DNA from: an uncultured bacterium
Lineage (GTDB): Bacteria > Desulfobacterota_D > UBA1144
Direction: 5' to 3'
Length of the DNA stretch: 64,000 nt
Assembly: GCA_913050325.1 (NCBI GenBank)
Contig: CAJWZP010000001.1
Span: 1,611-65,610 of the forward strand
The translations under genes were made by a program, and so were the position numbers. Positions 22,717 to 32,017 of this stretch are shown piece by piece; position 1 is the first letter of the stretch, and every line of letters starts with the position of its first letter. The notes under the pieces were generated by a model, which made no database searches, was not told the DNA's origin, and saw only the letters and a list, made by a program, of their open reading frames with translations.

Positions 22717-23919
22717 ATGAAAAATTCTATTAAAGATAAAAATATATTACTAGGTGTAACCGGGGGCATAGCAGCTTATAAATCTTGTGATTTGAGTAGA
22801 AAGCTTATGAAAGAAGGTGCAAAAATAAATGTTGTAATGACTGAAAATGCCGAAAAATTTGTTACAGCTCTAACATTCCAATATCTAACAGGTAATAAAG
22901 TTCATACAAATATGTACGATGAATCAGAATCTAAAATTTCACATATTGAATTGGCTGATACATCAGATTTGATAATCATATGTCCTGCAACAGCAAGCTT
23001 TATTTCTAAATACGCTAATGGAGTCGCAGACAATTTATTACTGAATATATTATTAGCTTCAAAGGCAGATGTAATTGTTTGCCCTGCTATGAACGTAAAC
23101 ATGTATGAAAACAAAATTGTTCAAGAAAATATTAAGAAACTAATTAAAGTTGGGGTTCAAATAATAGAACCTGAAAAAGGTGAGTTAGCCTGTGGATGGG
23201 TTGGAAAAGGTAAATTGGCAGATATTGATCTTATTATTGAAATAGTAAAAAAAAAATATCAAAAAAAAACTTTAAAAAATGAATCTGTATTAATTACAGC
23301 TGGTGCAACAAGAGAATATTTAGATCCTGTTAGATTTATTTCTAACCCCTCTAGTGGAATTATGGGACAGGCTTTAGGAAGTGAATTTAAAAAAAGAGGA
23401 GCTAAAGTTGATATTGTGGCGGGACATACAGATGTAAATCTTAATTTGTTTGATCATTATACAAAAGTAGATAGCGCTGATGAAATGAAAAAAATTATAT
23501 CAAAAAAATTAAAATCCTATTCAATAGTTATTAAAGCCGCTGCTGTAGGAGATTTTAAATTTAAGAATAAAAATAAAAATAAGATAAAGAAAGACATTTC
23601 ACCAATTGTAATTGAAATGGAAAAAAACATTGATGTGCTTAAATTTATAGGAAGTAGAAAAACTAAAAATCAAATCTTAATCGGCTTTTCTGCTGAAACA
23701 GAAAAAATATTGGTCAATTCAAAAAAGAAAATTGAAAATAAAAATTTGGATTTTATAGTTGCTAATGATATTTCTAAGAATGGTAGTGGATTTGGTAGTG
23801 ATTCAAACTTTACATATTTAATTAATTCAAAAAATGAGATAAAAAAACTTGGTCTAAAATCTAAAAAATATATTGCAGAAAAGATAGCTGATGAAGTTGA
23901 AAAAATAAGGCAGGATTAG
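22717..23919 (+). CDS. coaBC: bifunctional phosphopantothenoylcysteine decarboxylase/phosphopantothenate-cysteine ligase
   Basis: 400 aa with an N-terminal flavoprotein domain (GVTGGIAAYK) and a C-terminal DFP ligase domain. Confidence 0.9.
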   Translation: MKNSIKDKNILLGVTGGIAAYKSCDLSRKLMKEGAKINVVMTENAEKFVTALTFQYLTGNKVHTNMYDESESKISHIELADTSDLIIICPATASFISKYANGVADNLLLNILLASKADVIVCPAMNVNMYENKIVQENIKKLIKVGVQIIEPEKGELACGWVGKGKLADIDLIIEIVKKKYQKKTLKNESVLITAGATREYLDPVRFISNPSSGIMGQALGSEFKKRGAKVDIVAGHTDVNLNLFDHYTKVDSADEMKKIISKKLKSYSIVIKAAAVGDFKFKNKNKNKIKKDISPIVIEMEKNIDVLKFIGSRKTKNQILIGFSAETEKILVNSKKKIENKNLDFIVANDISKNGSGFGSDSNFTYLINSKNEIKKLGLKSKKYIAEKIADEVEKIRQD

Positions 23920-23942
23920 CCATATAACCCTGCCTTAAAAAA

Positions 23943-24227
23943 TTATCCTAAGACAGAATCTTTGCAAGCTTTTGAAACTCTGAATTTTACAACCTTTTTG
24001 GCAGGTATTTGAATAACCTCACCTGTCTGTGGATTTCTACCTTGTCTTGCTTTTCTGTCAACTAAAACTAATTTGCCCAATCCTGGTAATGTAAAAGATC
24101 CATTGCTCTTAGCTTCTGAACAAGCTAGATCGGCAAATGATTCAAGATATCTGTTCGCATCAGCTTTGGATATTCCTAATCTCTCAGCAATTGAACTCGC
24201 TATTTGTGATTTTGTTAATGCAGCCAT
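23943..24227 (-). CDS. hup: HU/IHF-family DNA-binding protein
   Basis: 94 aa. The blocks MAALTKSQIASSIAERLGISKADA and RNPQTGEVIQIPAKKVVKFRVSKACKD form the HU fold signature. Confidence 0.8.
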   Translation of the reverse strand: MAALTKSQIASSIAERLGISKADANRYLESFADLACSEAKSNGSFTLPGLGKLVLVDRKARQGRNPQTGEVIQIPAKKVVKFRVSKACKDSVLG

Positions 24228-24341
24228 GAAAGCCTCCTGTAGAAACAGCTATATTATGTTCACTGTTTATTTCTAATATAGTTTTTTAATTAATAAAATG
24301 CAAGATTTTTATATATTAAAATCATGTATATTAATTAAATC

Positions 24342-25445
24342 ATGCGCTTCAAAGAAATTAATTTCTTTATAATATTATTAATTGCAGCCAGCATCCTCTT
24401 AGGTTTATACTTTTTACAATTTAGCCAAAGGATAGAAAATACCAACGAAAATGTGGAAAATATACCAAAAATATCAACTTTTACATCATATCCAGAGAAT
24501 TTTACTAAAAAAATAACTGTTTTAGCAAAATTATATAGTGAAAAAGAAATCACAATTAACGCCGAAGTTGATGGAACAATAAAAGAAAAAAAATTTTCAA
24601 TTGGTTCAATGGTCAAAAAAGGCGATGTAATAATAGCGATGACAGATACGAGAAAACTTCTACAATTAAAAGAAGTAAAAGATGGTTTGTCAGCATTTAA
24701 AGCAATTTTGGATGAGGAATCAAAAAACTATAAAGATGCAATATCTCTTTATGATAAAGATATTATTTCAAGAAGTGAATTGAAATCAAAAGAAAACCTA
24801 TATAAAAAAGCAAAGTCTGAATATGATAATAAAGAAGCAATTTACAAAAGAATTCTATGGGAATTTGATAATCTTAATGTTAAAGCTCCATTCGATGGTT
24901 ATATAAATAAATTTTATTTTGATGTTGGGCAGAAAATTAATTCAGGTCAAAGCTTATTACAATTTTCAAATTATGATAAATTAATCGGAAGAGTAAGCCT
25001 GAATTCAGAGGATTTAAAAAAAATAGATTCATCAGATAAAAAAATAAATGTAATTGATTCTAGTGGGCCAACAGAAGTAAAGTTTTTGGGTTTAAGTAAA
25101 GAAATCAATAAGGAAATATTCTCATATTTATTAGAATTTCAAATTGATAATAGTGAAGAAAAGTTTCTTCCTGGAGAGGTCGTTGAGGTTGAATTAAATT
25201 TAGAAGAATATAATAATTACTTTATTTTCCCTGCAAAAGCTGTTCTTAACCAAGGAAATGATTTTTATATTTTTTATTATGATAATGGAATTGCATTTAA
25301 AGAATACATAACTCCTATTTGGATTGATGATCAAAATTGTGCAATAGAAAATTTAATGGAATTATCAGAAATTAATATAATATTAAATGGGCAATTTAAT
25401 CTAGAAGATGGTCAACCTGTTGAGATATTAAATGAAAATTATTGA
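24342..25445 (+). CDS. RND efflux pump periplasmic adaptor (membrane fusion protein)
   Basis: 367 aa with an N-terminal TM anchor and coiled-coil/lipoyl-like segments. It overlaps the start of the RND gene. Confidence 0.7.
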   Translation: MRFKEINFFIILLIAASILLGLYFLQFSQRIENTNENVENIPKISTFTSYPENFTKKITVLAKLYSEKEITINAEVDGTIKEKKFSIGSMVKKGDVIIAMTDTRKLLQLKEVKDGLSAFKAILDEESKNYKDAISLYDKDIISRSELKSKENLYKKAKSEYDNKEAIYKRILWEFDNLNVKAPFDGYINKFYFDVGQKINSGQSLLQFSNYDKLIGRVSLNSEDLKKIDSSDKKINVIDSSGPTEVKFLGLSKEINKEIFSYLLEFQIDNSEEKFLPGEVVEVELNLEEYNNYFIFPAKAVLNQGNDFYIFYYDNGIAFKEYITPIWIDDQNCAIENLMELSEINIILNGQFNLEDGQPVEILNENY

Positions 25446-28400
25446 GTATTCTGTAAAAAATCCAGTTTTTGCTAATCTTTTAATGGCAACTATTATAATA
25501 TTTGGTCTTTATGTAGGATTAAATTTACCCAAGGAACTATTTCCATCTATAGGTTTTGAAAAAGTAACAGTTTATACAATATATGATAATTCAACTGCTG
25601 AAGATATAGAAAAATTAATTACAATTCCAATAGAAGATCAGATTGCTTCAATATCAGGAATTAAAAATATCAAATCTGAATCAAGGGAGTCTAGATCTTT
25701 CATAGTTGCCGAACTTTTTCCTAACGAAGATACAAAAGATATTGCACAAGAAATTCGTTCTAAAATATCCCAAATAAAAAATGAATTACCAGATGATATA
25801 GAGGATCCTATTGTCAGTGAAGTTAAAGGAAGTGCTCCACTAATTAATGTATCGATTGCGAGTAAAGCTGATAAAGAAGAGTTGAGATTTTATGCAAGAG
25901 AATTAAGAAATAAACTTGAAAAACTAGATAGCGTTGAGAGTTTAATTGTTTCTGGCTATGGGGATTTAGTTTTTTGGATAAATATTGACCCAAAAAAATT
26001 AATGCAATATGAGATTAAACTTGATGATGTTATAACTCAAATTAAAAACAAAAATGTTGACCTACCAGCTGGTGCAGTAAATTTTGGTGAACAAGAATTT
26101 ACTATTAGAACTAAAGGTAAAATAGAAAGTATTGAAGAGCTAGAGTCTATTCCAATAAAATTTCTATCCAGTGATATAACTCTAAAGCTTAAAGATGTAT
26201 CAAATATATATCTTGGTCAAGAACAAGAATTAAGTCTTTCAAGAATTAATGGATTAAACTCCGTATCATTTTGGATTGAAAAACAGAAAAGTAAAGATGC
26301 TATTAAATCAGTAGAAGAAATAAAATTAATAACTAAAAAGTTTTTGGAAACATCTCCTGAAAGTATTAAAGTTTTTATTTCAAATGATTCCTCATATTGG
26401 GTCAAAGGTAGATTTGATTCAATGATAAAAACGGGCTTTTACGGAATATGTGCTGTGCTTATTGTTTTAGCACTATTCCTTGATTTTAGATCAGCTTTTT
26501 TAGCAGCGCTTGGGTTACCAGTTGCTTTCTTTGGAGCCTTTATATTAATGCAATATTCTGGAAATACTTTAAATGTAATAACAATGTTTGGATTAATAAT
26601 GGTGTTGGGAATAGTTGTAGATGACGCTATAATTGTTGTTGAAAATATTAAAAGATACATACAAAAAGGTATTGAACCAGTTAAAGCAGCAGTGATTGGT
26701 GCAAAAGAGGTTGCTTGGCCTGTTATTGCTACAGTTTTAACTAACATTGCATCTTTATTTCCAATTTTATTAGCAGAGGGAACTTTGGGAATTTTTCTAT
26801 CTATAATTCCAACTGTGGCAATATTTGCATTAGTTTTTTCTTTAATAGAAGCTTTAACAATTCTACCTTCTCATTGTGCTGAATTTGTTAAAGCGTCTAA
26901 AGAGTCTGGAATTTTTTCAAAATACTTCGATAAATTTAGAAGAAAATATTTAAGAGTTCTTATCAATGTATTAAGAGCAAAGTACCAGGTAATTGGTATT
27001 TTCTTTGTTGTACTATTAATTAGCCTGGGAATTTTATTTAAGATACCATTCGTATTATTGTATTCTTCCGATATAAATCAGTATCTTGTTAAAGTTGAAA
27101 ATCCTACAAATTATAGTTTAAATGCAACATTGGATAAAACTATAGAAATAGAAAATATAATTGAATCAAATACAAATAAAAATCTTAAAAATAATTCCTT
27201 ATCAACTATTGGAGTTGATTTTTCCAAAAAACCTCCAGGTTTTGGAGATCATGTATCAAATATATTAATTCAACTTAAGGATTTTGAAGAACGTGAAGAA
27301 AATGGCTTAAAATCAATGAAAAAAATACAGAAAATTATAGATGAAAAAGTTGTTGGTCCTTCATCAATAGAATTTATTGAGACAACTGGACCACCTAAAG
27401 GTAAAGATATAGATATTAGAATTATCGGGGATGATACTTCAAAATTATCTGAAATAAGTTTGAAAATTAAAAATTTTTTAAAAAAACAAAATGGTGTATT
27501 TGGTATAAACGATAACCTCTCATATGGTAAACCCAGAGCAAGTCTTAAAGTCAATGAAGAAAAAGCATCTCAATATGGATTTAATACCGCATCCGTGGGG
27601 AGGGAAGTTAGGGCATTAATTGATGGATTGGAAATTGATGAAACCAGAGTGAACGATGAAAAAGCAACAATCAAAATTAGATATGAATTTAATAATATAA
27701 ATTCAATAATGGGGCTTAAAAACCATTTGATGTTAAATAAAAATTCAGAATTTGTTCCTATAGGTAATTTTTCTGAGATAAATATAAATTCTGATTTATT
27801 AAATATCTCAAGATTTAACAGACAAAGAGCTGCAAGTATTACTGCTGAAGTTGATGGTGATATAACGACACCAAGGGAAGTCATAGGTAAAGCTGTTTCT
27901 TTTTATGAATCAATAAAAGATAATTATCCAGGTTATAAACTTGCTCTTGATGGAGAAGAACAAGAAACTCGAGAATCTTTAAATAGTGTTAAACGTGCAT
28001 CCGTTATAGCAATACTGTTGATATATCTAATTCTTGCAACTATTTTAAGATCTTACATTCAGCCGCTATTAATAATGTCAATTGTTCCATTTTGTATGAT
28101 TGGTGTTATTTTTGGAATTTTATTAAGAGGTGATCCTATCTCAATTACAGGAATAATAGGTGCGGTTGCGCTTATAGGAGTAGTGATAAATGATAGCTTA
28201 CTTTTAATGAACTTTATAAATAAAGGTGTTAAAAATAATCTCTATGGCTGTGCCGTATTCATATCGGCAAAAAATAGATTTAGAGCTGTAATTTTAACTA
28301 CACTTACAACTTTTGGAGGACTTTTAACACTAATGTTTGAAACTAGAGGTGAAGCAGCTTATTTAGCACCGATGGCGATATCTCTTGGAGTAGGACTAGT

Positions 28401-28512
28401 AATTGCCACAATGATAACTTTATTCCTTATTCCCTGTCTTTATTTAGCATTAATAGACTTTAAAAGAAGATATTTTAATCAGAGGAGCTCGGAAACTTTA
28501 AATATTGGATAA
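25432..28512 (+). CDS. RND-family efflux transporter (AcrB/HAE1-like)
   Basis: 1026 aa with a 12-TM RND architecture including GLIMVLGIVVDDAIIVVEN. Confidence 0.85.
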   Translation: MKIIEYSVKNPVFANLLMATIIIFGLYVGLNLPKELFPSIGFEKVTVYTIYDNSTAEDIEKLITIPIEDQIASISGIKNIKSESRESRSFIVAELFPNEDTKDIAQEIRSKISQIKNELPDDIEDPIVSEVKGSAPLINVSIASKADKEELRFYARELRNKLEKLDSVESLIVSGYGDLVFWINIDPKKLMQYEIKLDDVITQIKNKNVDLPAGAVNFGEQEFTIRTKGKIESIEELESIPIKFLSSDITLKLKDVSNIYLGQEQELSLSRINGLNSVSFWIEKQKSKDAIKSVEEIKLITKKFLETSPESIKVFISNDSSYWVKGRFDSMIKTGFYGICAVLIVLALFLDFRSAFLAALGLPVAFFGAFILMQYSGNTLNVITMFGLIMVLGIVVDDAIIVVENIKRYIQKGIEPVKAAVIGAKEVAWPVIATVLTNIASLFPILLAEGTLGIFLSIIPTVAIFALVFSLIEALTILPSHCAEFVKASKESGIFSKYFDKFRRKYLRVLINVLRAKYQVIGIFFVVLLISLGILFKIPFVLLYSSDINQYLVKVENPTNYSLNATLDKTIEIENIIESNTNKNLKNNSLSTIGVDFSKKPPGFGDHVSNILIQLKDFEEREENGLKSMKKIQKIIDEKVVGPSSIEFIETTGPPKGKDIDIRIIGDDTSKLSEISLKIKNFLKKQNGVFGINDNLSYGKPRASLKVNEEKASQYGFNTASVGREVRALIDGLEIDETRVNDEKATIKIRYEFNNINSIMGLKNHLMLNKNSEFVPIGNFSEININSDLLNISRFNRQRAASITAEVDGDITTPREVIGKAVSFYESIKDNYPGYKLALDGEEQETRESLNSVKRASVIAILLIYLILATILRSYIQPLLIMSIVPFCMIGVIFGILLRGDPISITGIIGAVALIGVVINDSLLLMNFINKGVKNNLYGCAVFISAKNRFRAVILTTLTTFGGLLTLMFETRGEAAYLAPMAISLGVGLVIATMITLFLIPCLYLALIDFKRRYFNQRSSETLNIG

Positions 28513-29009
28513 TAATTAATATTTAAATCTTTAAATTTTTTCTCTGCGTTCATTTCACGATCAACTATTGATAATATTGCATTTACATTACATTTTAAAT
28601 TTTTTAATTCTTCAATTACCTTTATCAGTGAACCTCCAGTTGAAACAACATCTTCAACAAGAATTACATCTTTTGATTCTATATCTGGTCCTTCAATTAA
28701 TTTTTTAGTACCATGTTTTTTATCTGTTGATCTTGCAAGAAAACCACTTAAATTGTATTTTTCATCAGATGCTTTTTGGAGTAATGCACCAACAATTGGA
28801 TCTGCACCAATAGTTGGCCCACCTACATAGTTAATATTAAATTGGGTTATTTTTTGATAGAAAATGCTGGTAATAATTGATAAAGGCTTTGAACTTAAGG
28901 TGCACAGCCTTGCATCAATATAATAGTTACTCTTTTCTCCTGATGATAATATAAAATCACCTTTTATAATTGATAATTGCGTAAGATACTTTTTTAATTC
29001 ATTTTTCAT
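28479..29009 (-). CDS. pyrE: orotate phosphoribosyltransferase
   Basis: 176 aa with the PRPP-binding motif VILVEDVVSTGGS. Confidence 0.85.
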   Translation of the reverse strand: MKNELKKYLTQLSIIKGDFILSSGEKSNYYIDARLCTLSSKPLSIITSIFYQKITQFNINYVGGPTIGADPIVGALLQKASDEKYNLSGFLARSTDKKHGTKKLIEGPDIESKDVILVEDVVSTGGSLIKVIEELKNLKCNVNAILSIVDREMNAEKKFKDLNINYYPIFKVSELL

Positions 29010-29051
29010 AATGTTATATAAGCTTTAGTTATTTTGAGTTAAAATATCTAT

Positions 29052-30356
29052 ATGTCAAAACTTCCACCAGGCTCAAAGACTGCGACAGAATATACTTTTT
29101 TAAATGCTCTATACGAAAGAAGGTCCCGCAGGTTTGCTATGGGTGGTGAAATTGATGAAGGACCTTTAAAATTTAAATCTAAACATAAACCTATTCCTCT
29201 TAGTGAAATAGAAGAAGCTATTTTAGTTTGGAACGGTTTAGGGATTAAAAATATAAATCTTTCAGATTTTCCTCCACATAAAGGTCTAGATTTGGAGGTT
29301 AAATTTATGAGTAAAACTATCGCATCATTAGGAGATATTCATAGAACCGAGCTATTTTATACAAATGATGATGGATTATATTTGGTAAAATTACATGACC
29401 AACTTCCATCTGATTTAAAAGGTATTGAAGGCTTGTCAAAAGAAAAGAAAATTGAAAAAATTGTTGAACTTTTTAAAGCCTCTAGAATTAAAATTCATGA
29501 TAAGAGAGCAGATTTGCCTACTGTTCCTCCTGGTTTGGCAATACATAATACTTGGAGTGTTAATAAGCCTGGAACAACCCTAATGATGCCTGTCACTGAT
29601 TTAAGTGCTGGGCTAATTAATATTCTATTTTTTTATATGAGGGATGGACATAGATTTCACTTTGTTGATGAATTAAAAAAAATGAAGCCTGCAGGAACTC
29701 AAAAATGGATAGATGATGGTTATATAGACACATCTAAACCTATTCCGCTAATTGAAGCTGAGCTAAGATTTGCAAATGGATACATTGCAGAACAGCCAAT
29801 GTTTTGTCAAAATGTAGCTTTAACACAACAAATTTTAGGAATTGGTGGATGGATGTTTAGTGGATTTCAAAGCAGATATATGCTTGGGGCTGATAAAGAT
29901 TTCAAAGGGCTAGGATTTACATGTGTAGAATCAAAAGAAGACTGGGGAGAAGCAGTATCAAAAGCACCTGTAGGACTTGATGGACTTTTTGAAGCTTACT
30001 CACCTCCCTATTATTCTAATATGGGTGAAGCAGTAGAAGCCTTTAATGATATGAAATGGTCAAATTGGGAAGAAAAATTTATGCCTTATAAAGATCCAAC
30101 AGGAGTATTAAATGATACTCCCAGACCTTCAAAAAAAGAAATTGAAATTGTTAAAGATGTATGTACTTACCTATATGAAACTTATGGAAGATTCCCAGCT
30201 TTTTCTGATGCAATGTATTGTCGTATGATGGTTCAAAATCATCACATCGATTTGGATTTTTACGATCATTTTTATCCCGAAGGCTCATACACTGAAAATC
30301 ATAGAAATCATTTTTCTCTTTGGCATCCAGATATTGAAGATCCTTTTAAAAAATAA
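29052..30356 (+). CDS. enlarged nitroreductase-superfamily protein of unknown function (possibly SagB/ThcOx-like dehydrogenase)
   Basis: 434 aa with nitroreductase hallmarks: N-terminal LYERRSRRFA and C-terminal QNVALTQQILGIGGW. It carries a roughly 100-aa insertion and a roughly 140-aa aromatic-rich C-terminal extension. Confidence 0.4.
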   Translation: MSKLPPGSKTATEYTFLNALYERRSRRFAMGGEIDEGPLKFKSKHKPIPLSEIEEAILVWNGLGIKNINLSDFPPHKGLDLEVKFMSKTIASLGDIHRTELFYTNDDGLYLVKLHDQLPSDLKGIEGLSKEKKIEKIVELFKASRIKIHDKRADLPTVPPGLAIHNTWSVNKPGTTLMMPVTDLSAGLINILFFYMRDGHRFHFVDELKKMKPAGTQKWIDDGYIDTSKPIPLIEAELRFANGYIAEQPMFCQNVALTQQILGIGGWMFSGFQSRYMLGADKDFKGLGFTCVESKEDWGEAVSKAPVGLDGLFEAYSPPYYSNMGEAVEAFNDMKWSNWEEKFMPYKDPTGVLNDTPRPSKKEIEIVKDVCTYLYETYGRFPAFSDAMYCRMMVQNHHIDLDFYDHFYPEGSYTENHRNHFSLWHPDIEDPFKK

Positions 30357-30358
30357 AA

Positions 30359-30544
30359 TTATTTAATTCTTATTTTGTTTTCATATTTTAATAAAATGGG
30401 ACGACCGTCAGGTGTACAAAGTGGGATTACTTCATTCTTAGTTTTAACACACAATGTAGGATTGTTATGTTTTTCATTTCCCAAATTTACTTCAATATCA
30501 GCTATAACAATCTCTATGTCCTTTAAAATTTCTAATATTTTCAT
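30359..30544 (-). CDS. small hypothetical protein (61 aa)
   Basis: A strong SD AAGGAG sits 7 nt upstream of its ATG. The sequence MKILEILKDIEIVIADIEVN... is charged and balanced, with two Cys. It converges tail-to-tail 2 nt from the nitroreductase-like gene. Confidence 0.4.
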   Translation of the reverse strand: MKILEILKDIEIVIADIEVNLGNEKHNNPTLCVKTKNEVIPLCTPDGRPILLKYENKIRIK

Positions 30545-30615
30545 TAAATATCTCCTTTTATAAGCTTATATTTAAATTAACTAGAAAATAATTCTGTGTT
30601 GGTTAAATTATTTCA

Positions 30616-30798
30616 ATGAGTGAATTTGATTCATTTATGAAAAAATATACCAATAAACTTTGGAGTTTTATTGGCATCGATATTAAAAATGAAATGCTAA
30701 GAAATCTTTTGGACGGATTCTCACTTCTATTATTAGTAGTAGTTGTTTTAATGTTAATTTTATTCATACCTAATTTAATTTATAAGTTTCTATTTTAA
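30616..30798 (+). CDS. hypothetical tail-anchored small membrane protein (60 aa)
   Basis: A soluble N-terminal roughly 30 aa, then one C-terminal TM helix. No SD is visible, so coding status is uncertain. Confidence 0.25.
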   Translation: MSEFDSFMKKYTNKLWSFIGIDIKNEMLRNLLDGFSLLLLVVVVLMLILFIPNLIYKFLF

Positions 30799-30802
30799 TT
30801 AT

Positions 30803-31024
30803 ATGGATATCTTTATTTTATATGTTGGTAGACAAATATGTGAGTTCTTAGATTTTCTTGGTAATGATCAATATTGTGGTCCTTCATATCATTGGATGGC
30901 GTGTGATAATCTTACTCTTGCCGATAATATAGTCTGTAATGTTGTTTACAACTTAGGTGTATTCTCACTTATTATAGTTCTACTGTTGATTTCATTTAAA
31001 TTACGTAAAATAAGAGTTATGTAA
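30803..31024 (+). CDS. hypothetical Cys-rich tail-anchored small membrane protein (73 aa)
   Basis: Five Cys in the N-terminal roughly 45 aa, then a C-terminal TM helix resembling that of the preceding ORF. No SD is visible. Confidence 0.25.
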   Translation: MDIFILYVGRQICEFLDFLGNDQYCGPSYHWMACDNLTLADNIVCNVVYNLGVFSLIIVLLLISFKLRKIRVM

Positions 31025-31035
31025 ATTGTCGATAA

Positions 31036-31458
31036 TTAGAAACCAAATAGATTAGATACATAAATATCTCCTTCAGTAGTTTCTTCAACTTGATAAGTAA
31101 TATTTTTTAACATCTTTAAATTTTTAACTAGACCATCATTCCATTTGTATTCAAGCTCTGCTGCACAAGAATATGAATTTGTTCTTTTATTATAATTTTT
31201 TACTCTGATATTCTTTATTTTGTATTTTGGGTCAGGAATTTCCCTAGTACCATCAATATATGCTGTATATCGCTCATCTGTAAAAAGAGAAAGACCTATG
31301 GCTTCACCAAACCTGAAACCTCTTTCATAGTCATCATTTAAAACATAATATTCAATTGAATCTTCTAGAATATCTAATGTATCAGACGAATCACATGAAA
31401 TATTAGGTCCACAGCTAGCAAAAAATAAAAAAGATAAAATAATAAAAAAATGCTTCAT
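31036..31458 (-). CDS. hypothetical lipoprotein
   Basis: 140 aa with signal peptide plus lipobox (FFASCG). No recognisable domain. Confidence 0.5.
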   Translation of the reverse strand: MKHFFIILSFLFFASCGPNISCDSSDTLDILEDSIEYYVLNDDYERGFRFGEAIGLSLFTDERYTAYIDGTREIPDPKYKIKNIRVKNYNKRTNSYSCAAELEYKWNDGLVKNLKMLKNITYQVEETTEGDIYVSNLFGF

Positions 31459-31477
31459 AAAGTATGATTATAGATTA

Positions 31478-31951
31478 TTAAACTCCTCCTATAAAGCCTA
31501 AAATTATCATTTCTACTAAAACTATTAATAACAATGTTAAATATGTCCACCAATACTCTGAACGTCTACTGCGGCTTTTAAAGTCTAGCCATTCAACGAA
31601 ATACTTCTTACTAGCCTCTAAAAATTCATAAGATTTTTCAGGCGACCTCCCCCATTTGTTTTCTTCTGGGTCGGATTTGTAGAACATTAATATAAAAACA
31701 ATAACAAAACCTAACAGCGAAATTACTAAAAATAGAATAGCCACACCACTAAGGTTTTTAAATCTATTAATATCTTCTAAATCATATACATCAGTATTAA
31801 AATAAACTATCAATGAAAAAATAATTATTGCAATAAGTGGTGTTAAATACCACCAACCCGATCTACCAGAATCATGTAGTCTTCTAAATATCAATGATGT
31901 ACTAGCTATAGTGAGATAAATTTGAAATATTGAATAAACTATTGTAAACAC
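31478..31951 (-). CDS. DUF805-family inner membrane protein
   Basis: 157 aa with the RRLHDSGRSGWWYL motif characteristic of DUF805, and three TM segments. Confidence 0.7.
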   Translation of the reverse strand: MFTIVYSIFQIYLTIASTSLIFRRLHDSGRSGWWYLTPLIAIIIFSLIVYFNTDVYDLEDINRFKNLSGVAILFLVISLLGFVIVFILMFYKSDPEENKWGRSPEKSYEFLEASKKYFVEWLDFKSRSRRSEYWWTYLTLLLIVLVEMIILGFIGGV

Positions 31952-31983
31952 TCTAAAATTTTACACTAAATTAATTAATGATT

Positions 31984-32004
31984 ACAGGGTCTTTCGGACC
32001 CTGT
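31984..32004 (-). terminator. GC-rich hairpin downstream of nrdB, a probable intrinsic terminator of nrdAB
   Basis: A perfect 8-bp inverted repeat ACAGGGTC-tttcg-GACCCTGT lies 14 nt after the nrdB stop in an otherwise AT-rich spacer. An A/U-rich tract follows on the minus strand. Confidence 0.4.
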
Positions 32005-32017
32005 AACCTTACTTTCT

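Noticed and set aside
23560-23590. AAGAATAAAAATAAAAAT repetitive DNA inside coaBC
   Set aside because: It is short low-complexity coding sequence (KNKNKNK linker) typical of AT-rich genomes, not a repeat element or CRISPR-like array.
24335-24616. Minus-strand ORFs from the six-frame track lying antisense inside longer genes. Examples: 1202-1387, 12420-12671, 21005-21463, 26217-26747, 27270-27884, 36783-37175, 56085-56387, 61940-62188.
   Set aside because: Each is fully nested in a well-supported longer gene on the opposite strand. They have AT-skewed, low-complexity translations and no RBS, which marks them as shadow ORFs.
30375-30563. Plus-strand 62-aa ORF overlapping the minus-strand 61-aa ORF
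   Set aside because: The antisense partner has a near-perfect SD and a balanced, protein-like composition. This one is hydrophobic and low-complexity with no SD, so it is most likely the shadow frame.
29052-31024. Thiazole/oxazole-modified peptide (TOMM) cluster: SagB-like dehydrogenase plus Cys-rich small ORF
   Set aside because: No YcaO cyclodehydratase or docking protein lies anywhere in the window. The Cys-rich ORF ends in a TM helix, which is not precursor-like. I keep this only as an unexplained island, not as a TOMM call.
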